This document shows, piece by piece, positions 56,928-64,000 of a stretch of DNA of 64,000 nucleotides. Location of the stretch: positions 4,278,001 through 4,342,000 of the forward strand of contig OZ251222.1 of the NCBI GenBank assembly GCA_965240325.2, read 5' to 3'. The notes beneath the pieces are model-generated. The model was not told the DNA's origin and ran no database searches. It was given only the letters and a program-made list of their open reading frames with translations. A program made the translations under genes and the position numbers. This DNA is from Rebecca billardiae RCC1528 (taxonomy: Eukaryota > Protista > Haptophyta). The number at the start of each line of letters is the position of its first letter. The stretch's first letter is position 1.

Positions 56928-57715
56928 CGGGGGAGCTGGTGGTGGGCCGCGCACGGGGCGGGCTAGCCGAGGTGCTCAGTTCGTCCACCTCCACCACAAC
57001 CACGAACGGCGAATGTCACACTATGTTCGACGCGATTCGCGCATCCTATGACGTAACACGCAAGGTACCGGTAGGTCCTTTGGGTAGGTACTGTAGTGCC
57101 AAAGGACCATCAAATACGATGGTCCTTTGGTAGTGCTGATGACGATGACTATTTTTCAACATCGATACAAATCGCACGGCGGCAGTTGATTATGATTTTG
57201 GTGTTCATCATGCGACGAGTGTATCAGTCAAAACTGCAAACGACGAAATTGTATGTGTAGTGGATTGGATGCGTGACTCCGATGACATATTGGATCGAAA
57301 TGTAATGGTGTGAATCTTTGAGATATCGATCACGGGTACAGTTTGGGTGCTTCACGGTCATGACTGGGTAATAAGTCTTGATTTTAGGCTAACCGATTGC
57401 ATGATTATCTATTATTGATGTCGCCCCCGCCATCAAGTCTGAACCGGCACCTATCCGAATCACCAGTGCGTGACAGTACCGGCAAAACGGTCTTGCATCA
57501 GTAAGCACGTCAATTATGGTGGGCGCTGGGCGGAGGGTAATTTGTTCCTAGAGACTTCGAGATTCTTCCAGTAGTCCGGTCCGGTAGACCGCCAAGAAAA
57601 AGCAATATTATACAATAACGGTAAAAACATCGCGCAGCATTATTCGAATAAAAAAGACAGGTCGCGAAAAAAGTAAAAAACGCGCGCCCGCCATCGCCCA
57701 ACGCCGCCCGCGACC

Positions 57716-60208
57716 ATGCAGCCCCGCGGCGGGCGCCGGCAGACCGGGCAGAAGCAGGGCTCGTGGGTGCGCACCGCCATCTGCTTGTCGACGGCTGCGC
57801 TCCTCAGCCTCATCACCTACTGGAATGTGAGCTTTGTCTACGCGCGCTCGCGCGCGAGCGCGCTGCAGCCGCAGGAGGGCGACGAGCAAATCGCGTACGA
57901 TCGCAGCTCCCGGCACGGGAGGCGCAGCGAGGCCAGCCTCATGGTCGGCCACGACGCGAACGACGGTGGCGACGACGACGGGTTCGGCTCGGACAGCGAC
58001 GACGACCTCGCGCACGCCGTGCACGCCGCGGGCGGCGCGGGCGAGGCCGAGGACGACGAGGAGGTCGACAGCGAGGCGTTCGGGCTCGAGGAGGGCGAGG
58101 TGGACCCGGTGTCCAAGCCGCCCGCCGGGGAGGGCGGCGCGCGCGGCGTCGCGGGCGAGGGCGGCGGCGGCGGCGCGGCCAAGCCCGCGCTCACGGGCAA
58201 GGCGGCGTTCGGGCTGGCGCCGCCGCTGCCGTCGCACTGCCCGAGCACGCTGCGGCCGTACCACACGCTGCTCACCGCGCAGTCGACCACGTACCAGAAC
58301 TGGCAGTCGCGCATCATGTACTACCACTTCACCAAGCAGCAGAAGGCGAGCCAGCCGTGCACCGAGATGGGCGGCTTCACGCGCCTCGTCGCGCACAAGA
58401 AGGGTGCGCGCGCGCGGCCGCGCGGCCGCCGCGCGGCCGCGCGCGCGCGCGGCGCCGCCCCCGTCCGAGCGCCGCGCTCGCCCCGGCTGCCGCTCGCGCC
58501 ACGCGCCGCGCGCCGCGCGCCCCGCAGGCGAGCCCGACGGCCTGGAGGACGAGATCCCCTCCGTCTTCGTCACCGAGTACACGGCGGAGGAGCTCGCGCG
58601 CTTCAAGCACTTTGCCGTGATGAACCGGCCGTTCAGCGTGCTGCAGATGCTCGCCAACCCGGGTGCGCGCGCGCGGCGTCAGCACGCGCGCGCCGCGCGC
58701 CGCGCCTCGGCCCACGCGCCTTGCTTGGCACGTGGCGGCCGCCCCTGCCCCGCTGCGCGCGCGAGCGCAGCCATGATGGCGCGCATCACGGAGGAGTACC
58801 TGATGATCGCCGAGACCGACCACGTGCTCATGCGCCCGCTGCCGAACCTCGCCACGCGCGAGCAGCCCGCCGCGTACAACTTTGGGTACATGCACGCCAA
58901 CGCGGGGCAGCAGCCGGTGCGCGGCGCGCGGAGGCGGCGCGCGGAGGCGGCGCGGCGGCGGCGCCGCGGCGGCGCGGCGCGGCGCGGCGCGGTGGCGCGC
59001 GCCGAGGGGTCGGCGCGCTGAGCGCGGCGCCGGCGCGCGCCGCTGCTGCTGCTGCGCAGATTATCTCGCACATCGCGCCCAAGGTGCGCTGGCAGGACGT
59101 GCAGCCCATCGGCCCGTCGCCGTGCATCCTGCACCTGAGCTCGCTCCAGAAGTTTGCGCAGAAGTGGAACGACTACTCGATCGCGCTCAAGCTGTACGAG
59201 CCCGCGGACAAGATGTGCGCGCACGGGCGCGCGCGCGCGCGCCGCGCGCCGCGCGCGGGCGCGCGCGCGCCCACCTCGCCCCGCCCCGCCTGCTTGCGCC
59301 GCAGGTTCGGCTGGGTGCTCGAGATGTGGGGCTACGCGATCGCGGCCGCGGACGAGGGCGTGGTGCACAAGGTGCTGCCCAACATGCAGTGCGAGCCCGG
59401 CGCGCAGTCGCGCATGGCGGAGGAGTACACGGACAAGTACTACATCCACCACTACACGTACGGCTCCGAGTACAAGCTGAACGGCGAGCCGCAGGGCGTC
59501 AACCAGATCGGCGAGTGGTCGCTCGACAAGCGGCACTACGGCGGCGCGTACCCGCCGCGCGACCTGCAGCCGCCGCCCGCCACAGGCCACTCGGCCAAAA
59601 ACCACGCGCCACGGTGCGCGCGCCGCGCGCACCGCGCGCGCGCGCGCTCGGCGCGCGGACGCCCACCGCGCCCCTGCCCCTCCCCCGCGCGCGCGGCGCA
59701 GCTGGCTGACGATGGCGTGGAACGAGGCGTCGGCCAACATCCCGACCTGGCCCGACACAAAAGCCCTCGGCACACTCGGCTGGCGGCGCGAGCCCGCGAC
59801 AGACGCGCAGATCAGGTGCCGCGCGCGCGCGCGGCTGGGCTGCGCGCGCCATCGCCGCGCGCGCGCTCACGCCCTCGCCCCGCGACCGCGCGTGCCCCGG
59901 CCCTGCCGCGTCGCAGCGCCTCGCCCCTCGCGTCGAGCATCGCGGGGAGCAAGTGGAAGTGGGGGGGCGTGCCGGGCCTGGTGTTCGGGCCTGCAGGCAA
60001 GCTCACGACGCCGTGGGGTGAGGGCAAGTGGGGGCTGGTGCCGACGACCGGCGCGGAGGGCGGCGCCGCCGCGCCCGGGGAAACGATCTTCGTGGACTTC
60101 GCCTCCGCGCTGCACAACCTGCAGTTCGATCTCGCGGCGGGCACCTTCATGTCCACGCGCGTGGGCGACGGCGAGCACGTGAGCGGCGTGCGCGACGTGA
60201 CAGAGTGA
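57716..60208 (+). CDS. HPAT: Hydroxyproline O-arabinosyltransferase (HPAT/RDN1-like, GT95) with extra C-terminal Trp/Gly-rich domain; introns 58404-58527, 58663-58770, 58917-59059, 59215-59304, 59614-59701, 59816-59916
   Basis: Type II TM anchor; YHTLLTAQSTTYQNWQSRIMYYHF, MGGFTRL, DGLEDEIPSVFV, VMNRPFSV, EEYLMIAETDHV, IGPSP, FGWVLEMWGYAIAAA, IHHYTYG, IGEWSLDKRHY. All six GT-AG introns restore one frame. Confidence 0.9.
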   Translation: MQPRGGRRQTGQKQGSWVRTAICLSTAALLSLITYWNVSFVYARSRASALQPQEGDEQIAYDRSSRHGRRSEASLMVGHDANDGGDDDGFGSDSDDDLAHAVHAAGGAGEAEDDEEVDSEAFGLEEGEVDPVSKPPAGEGGARGVAGEGGGGGAAKPALTGKAAFGLAPPLPSHCPSTLRPYHTLLTAQSTTYQNWQSRIMYYHFTKQQKASQPCTEMGGFTRLVAHKKGARARPRGRRAAARARGAAPVRAPRSPRLPLAPRAARRAPRRRARRPGGRDPLRLRHRVHGGGARALQALCRDEPAVQRAADARQPGCARAASARARRAPRLGPRALLGTWRPPLPRCARERSHDGAHHGGVPDDRRDRPRAHAPAAEPRHARAARRVQLWVHARQRGAAAGARRAEAARGGGAAAAPRRRGAARRGGARRGVGALSAAPARAAAAAAQIISHIAPKVRWQDVQPIGPSPCILHLSSLQKFAQKWNDYSIALKLYEPADKMCAHGRARARRAPRAGARAPTSPRPACLRRRFGWVLEMWGYAIAAADEGVVHKVLPNMQCEPGAQSRMAEEYTDKYYIHHYTYGSEYKLNGEPQGVNQIGEWSLDKRHYGGAYPPRDLQPPPATGHSAKNHAPRCARRAHRARARSARGRPPRPCPSPARAAQLADDGVERGVGQHPDLARHKSPRHTRLAARARDRRADQVPRARAAGLRAPSPRARSRPRPATARAPALPRRSASPLASSIAGSKWKWGGVPGLVFGPAGKLTTPWGEGKWGLVPTTGAEGGAAAPGETIFVDFASALHNLQFDLAAGTFMSTRVGDGEHVSGVRDVTE

Positions 60209-60826
60209 GCCGCTCTGGACCGCCGGGCGAGCGAGCGAGGCGGGCGGTGCTCGACGGCGGGCGCTTCCGGCGAGCGGCGCGCATGGCGGCGGGTCTTTTG
60301 GCTGCGCGCCCACTCCGCTGCGGCCCCTGGGACGGTGGCTTTTCGCTTGGGCCTGGCTCGGCCGCCGCGTGGACGCACGGCTGCGCGCGCCGGCCGCGCG
60401 TCAGGCGGCGCAGCGCCTGGGCTGATCAGCCGCTGATGCCCGCCGTTGTCGTGTCAGCACTCTACTGTCGATCAGCACGCCGTACGACGGCGGACGGGCG
60501 GCGCGGTCGCTGCTGAGTGCTGTCGCGACTCGGCCCAAGGCCAAACCCTGGGCCTGTGCTTTATTATTCGGTCGACGATACTAAGGCAGGACCACTACTG
60601 TGATTGCCTCGCGTAACACACATACACGCTAATAACGGCCGCGCGCATTCTGATTCACATCAGGTGTATCGTCTGCATCCGCTTGGCATCGTCATCGCGC
60701 GTCGTCAGCACTTATAATCCGCCGCGTGTCATGAGTCGTGGCCCGCCCGCAGTCGCAACGCCAACTGGTGCTGTGATCGACAGTGATGCGCCATGCTTGT
60801 AATCCCACGCCGACTTGCCGCCCCTA

Positions 60827-60902
60827 TTGGCCGGGCGTTCGACCAACTCGGCTAATAAGGAGCCGGGTCCCCAGCTGAGTTGGTCGTCGAACGCTCGGTC
60901 AA
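60827..60902. other. Intergenic ~27-bp-stem hairpin (foldback/MITE-like or structured RNA)
   Basis: TTGGCCGGGCGTTCGACCAACTCGGCT ... AGCTGAGTTGGTCGTCGAACGCTCGGTCAA. Apart from a 3-nt bulge, the mismatches are G-U pairs on the + strand. Confidence 0.6.
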
Positions 60903-61235
60903 CGAGGCTGCCAAAAGCTCGCACCAGCGTCGTCGCGCACGTGCGTGCGATGGCAGCGAGCGGTCGAGGAGCGAGCCTGGCGTGCGTCGGCCGAGCGTGT
61001 GCGGTGTGGCAAGCCACGAGTGGCGGGGCCGTGCGGATCCCCGTCGCCACCTGCATCAGCCCGGGCCGCGGCACTGCTGATCGAGGCGCACGGTCGATCG
61101 ATGCAGCGCGTGCGCCCCCCACGCCTGCCGGAAAGCACGTCGAGAGGCGCCGTGACGAGCAAGGACGGCAGACGACGCACACGTCGCGCGCGCGGACACG
61201 CCGCAGCGAATCGGGAAGTGACGCCAGGAGCGGGT

Positions 61236-61514
61236 TTACTTCTTCTCCGCGGCCGCCTTCTCCATCTCGGCGGTCTTTTTGGCCAGTCGCCGCGCCTCCA
61301 CCTCCTCCTTCTGCTTCTTCAACCGCTCGCGCTCCTCCTTTTCCGCCTTCAGCCGCGCGCGGTCCTCGGCCGCCTTGGCGAACGTGTCCGCGTCCGCCTT
61401 GCGCGCCTGAATGCCCGATGCGCCGCCGCCGGCGTTCTTCGCCGCCGCCGCCGCGCGCTTGGCGGCGTCCTCGCGCGCGCGGTTGTTCTTGCTGGCGTTC
61501 GAGCCCTTGCCCAT
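61236..61514 (-). CDS. Small basic EDRK-rich protein (SERF/4F5-like N-terminus), 92 aa
   Basis: MGKGSNASKNNRAREDAAKR...LKAEKEERERLKKQKEEVEARRLAKK; typical coding-like codon usage. Confidence 0.6.
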   Translation of the reverse strand: MGKGSNASKNNRAREDAAKRAAAAAKNAGGGASGIQARKADADTFAKAAEDRARLKAEKEERERLKKQKEEVEARRLAKKTAEMEKAAAEKK

Positions 61515-61848
61515 CGACAGTGTCGCGTCTGGCCGCGCGCCGCTGCACAGCCGCCCAGCAGGGGCCCCAGATGCACCGGTGTCCACCGTGTCCACGCGTG
61601 ACGCGAGCTGTGCCGGTGGCCAGCGCGTGGCACACCGGCAGCGGTCCGGGGCCGACACGGGGAATCTGAGCCACGACAATGGCGGCCCCAACCCAAACAG
61701 TTGCCCCGAAGAAGGCCTCTTGGGGCTCTCGGCCGGCCTACACACTAGGACTGCGGCGTCTGACGAGAGTGCCTCGCCCGCTCCGCCGCGCCGATACGCG
61801 CCACACCACGCGCACGCCCGGCGGCCGGCGCGCCACGCGGCCGTGCGA

Positions 61849-64000
61849 TCACGCGCGCGCGTGCGGCACGCGCGCGTATCGCAGCAGCACGTTGGGCTCG
61901 GCCGCGACGAGCAGCTCGGCGCCGTCCGGCGAGAGCGCGACGCCCTCGGGCTGCTCGGCGTGCACGGCCGCCATACTCACCACCGTGCCGTTCAGCGTGA
62001 GCCGCACCGCCACCCTCGCCTCCTGCGACAGCAGCACCAGCGTGCGCGACGCGTCGTCAAACGTGAGGCCGGCGATGTCGGTCACGTTGAGCGGCCGCAG
62101 CACCGCCTCCGCGTCGAAGAGGTCGTCGACGTGCACGGCGAGCTCGTCGTCCCCGGGCTCGGCGCCGCCGCCGCGCGCGTCCGCCGCGGGCAGCGCCACG
62201 CGCAGCACGCGCATCGGCCCCTTCTCCACCGCCGCGTACGCGACGCCAGTCGCGCGGTCGAACGCGAGGCCCTCGATGCCCGCGTTGGGCGAGGCCGTGC
62301 GCACGCCGGTGCGCAGCACGCGCACGGCGGCGCGGTCGGCGTAGTCGATGGTGGCGCGCTGCACGCCCGCGGCGTCGGCGAGCGAGGCGTTCGGCGCGGG
62401 CAGCCGCACGAGCGCGAGCGCGCGCCGCCGCTCCTCCGCCACCGCCAGGCTGCCGCCTCCCAGCCACGCCACGCCCTCCGTGTCCTCGAAGCCGCTCAGG
62501 GAGATCACGCGCAGCAGCACAGGCCCCGCGCTGCCGCACTCGGCGCCGTCGACGGAGCCGTCGGAGCCGCCGCCGCCGCCGACGGCCGCGCCGTCGAGCC
62601 ACGCCGACGGCAGCGCGGGCGCGCGCGCGCGCGGCGGGCAGCGCGGCAGCGCGTACTCGCGTAGTTGCGGCGGGGCGTTGGTCACAGCGAGCACGGACCC
62701 GCGCGCGCGCCACAGCGCCTCCGGGCCGCGGAGCACGCCCGCGCCCGGCGGCAGCAGGAGCAGCCCGGACAGGTTCTCCTCGACGCCCGGCAGCGCCCAC
62801 GAGTGCGTGAGCGCGAAGCTGGACAGCGCGGCGCTCGCCTCCGCCTCGGACGCGCCCGGCTGCGTCGAGTCGGCGCCGTGCGAGCGCGCGGCCGAGCCGG
62901 CGGCGGCGCGTGCGCGCACGCCTGCCGCGACCGCCGCCTCGGCCGTGCCCGGCGCAAACGAGCTCGGCGGCAGCGCGCCCGTCGGCCGCTCGAGCTCGGC
63001 GAGGTAGCTCCAGCCGCCGGCGTACTCGAGGAACTGCACGCGCATCCGCTCGGCGCTGATCGAGACGAGGCCGAAGCCGGGCACGCCGCCCTGCGCCAGC
63101 CTCGCGCCGGGCGCGGGCACGCCGAGCGAGGGCGGCGCCTTGGAGCCCGCGGCCGAGACGAACTGTTGCAGCCGCGCGCCGGGCGGCTTGAGGTGCTGCA
63201 GCCCGCCGTCGTGCCCGCTCAGGTACGCGGCGACGCCGCCCGCCTCGAGGATGGGCAGCAGCCGCTGCGCCAGCCAGCCCCCGTCCTCGAGCGCGCGCGC
63301 GCCCGAGCTCCAGATCGGGTGGTGACCCACCGCGAGCCGCCAGCGCGCGCTCGACGCGCCCAGCGTGCGGTTGAGCCAGTCGAGCTGCGCGAGCGCGTAC
63401 GCGCGCGCGCTGCCCGCCGCGCCGTCGCGCGCGAAGCCGGCCTCCACCTGCGCCGCGGCGGAGGGCAGCATGGGCGCCGTGTCGAGCACCACAAAGTGCA
63501 CGCTGCTCTGCGCGTGCACAAAGTCGTAGTACGGCGCGGGCTGCGCCCACTGGCCGCGCGTGCGCGCCGCCAGCCTCACCTGCGCGGCCGCGGAGCCCAT
63601 GTAGTCGCGCTCCCCCAGCGAGGAGTACCAGCGCAGCCGGTCGAGAGGCGGGTACCGGTTGTAGACGTCAGCCCAGCTGCTGCCCACCTGCGGGGCGCCC
63701 TCGGACGCGAGGCCGCTCGGGTAGAAGTTGTCGCCGGTGGAGAGCACGAACGCGGCGGCGGAGGCGCGCGCGGCCTTCGCCATCTCGATCGCCACGTCGC
63801 GCTGGCAGCACAGCCCGTCCCGCCCCCAGCCGCCCACCACCACGAACGCCAGCTCGGACGGCTCGAGAGGCAGCGCGCGCGACGCGCCGTCGTGCGAGGC
63901 GCACAGCGCGGAGTGGTTGGTGTGCCCGCGCTCGAGCTCGGCGTCGCACAGCTCGGAGGTGACCTGCGCGGCGTGGCGCACCGCGCCGGCCAGCGCGCCG
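61849..64000 (-). CDS. Purple-acid-phosphatase (ACP5/TRAP)-like domain with degenerate metal ligands, fused to a YjiK/SdiA-regulated beta-propeller; 5' part outside window
   Basis: FVVVGGWG, STGDNFY, SLGERDY, VGHHP, YLSGHDG; then ENLSGL...AVTN, GFEDTEGVAWLG, NAGIEGLAFD, DIAGLTFD, EQPEGVAL, VAAEPNVLLRY. Confidence 0.85.
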   Translation of the reverse strand, partial: GALAGAVRHAAQVTSELCDAELERGHTNHSALCASHDGASRALPLEPSELAFVVVGGWGRDGLCCQRDVAIEMAKAARASAAAFVLSTGDNFYPSGLASEGAPQVGSSWADVYNRYPPLDRLRWYSSLGERDYMGSAAAQVRLAARTRGQWAQPAPYYDFVHAQSSVHFVVLDTAPMLPSAAAQVEAGFARDGAAGSARAYALAQLDWLNRTLGASSARWRLAVGHHPIWSSGARALEDGGWLAQRLLPILEAGGVAAYLSGHDGGLQHLKPPGARLQQFVSAAGSKAPPSLGVPAPGARLAQGGVPGFGLVSISAERMRVQFLEYAGGWSYLAELERPTGALPPSSFAPGTAEAAVAAGVRARAAAGSAARSHGADSTQPGASEAEASAALSSFALTHSWALPGVEENLSGLLLLPPGAGVLRGPEALWRARGSVLAVTNAPPQLREYALPRCPPRARAPALPSAWLDGAAVGGGGGSDGSVDGAECGSAGPVLLRVISLSGFEDTEGVAWLGGGSLAVAEERRRALALVRLPAPNASLADAAGVQRATIDYADRAAVRVLRTGVRTASPNAGIEGLAFDRATGVAYAAVEKGPMRVLRVALPAADARGGGAEPGDDELAVHVDDLFDAEAVLRPLNVTDIAGLTFDDASRTLVLLSQEARVAVRLTLNGTVVSMAAVHAEQPEGVALSPDGAELLVAAEPNVLLRYARVPHARA

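Noticed and set aside
60790-60915. Possible SRP (7SL) RNA because of TGTAATCCCA
   Set aside because: No helix-8 SRP54-binding motif or GNRA loops found downstream.

Overview
Very GC-rich, gene-dense eukaryotic nuclear DNA. It has short CG-rich spliceosomal introns, one GC-AG intron and several bipartite signal+transit presequences, so it is probably an alga with a complex plastid (inference: a haptophyte, e.g. Pavlovales-like). Most long entries in the ORF track are antisense or GC-rich shadows. Real genes, left to right: a giant (>3,100 aa, runs off the left edge, absent from the ORF track) minus-strand extensin-like (Ser-Pro3-5) protein with TMEM132-like/cohesin-like domains; a steryl-sulfatase-like arylsulfatase; intron-containing tRNA-Tyr(GTA); a small membrane J-domain protein; a flavin amine oxidase; a GT-A glycosyltransferase; a plastid-type SohB (S49) protease; a SNF1/MARK-like kinase; NAA38-like LSm protein; MOCS2A; PGAM5; V-ATPase c''; plastid-targeted hybrid cluster protein; an HMMR/RHAMM-like coiled-coil protein; a PPR protein; a kelch protein; a multi-TM hybrid histidine kinase; a hydroxyproline O-arabinosyltransferase (GT95/HPAT); a small SERF/4F5-like protein; and a degenerate purple acid phosphatase fused to a YjiK/SdiA-regulated propeller. 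Mobile DNA: a young Ty1/copia element with identical LTRs that lacks recognisable gag, protease and integrase but keeps an intact RT-RNase H ORF; a TA-microsatellite-associated RLE-type LINE remnant; a Tc1/mariner-pogo non-autonomous element with internal direct repeats; other TIR elements; and nested palindromes. The best candidate for an undescribed system is a plant-like hydroxyproline-rich glycoprotein surface coat (giant extensin-TMEM132-like protein + HPAT + glycosyltransferase + sulfatase) in a non-green alga.
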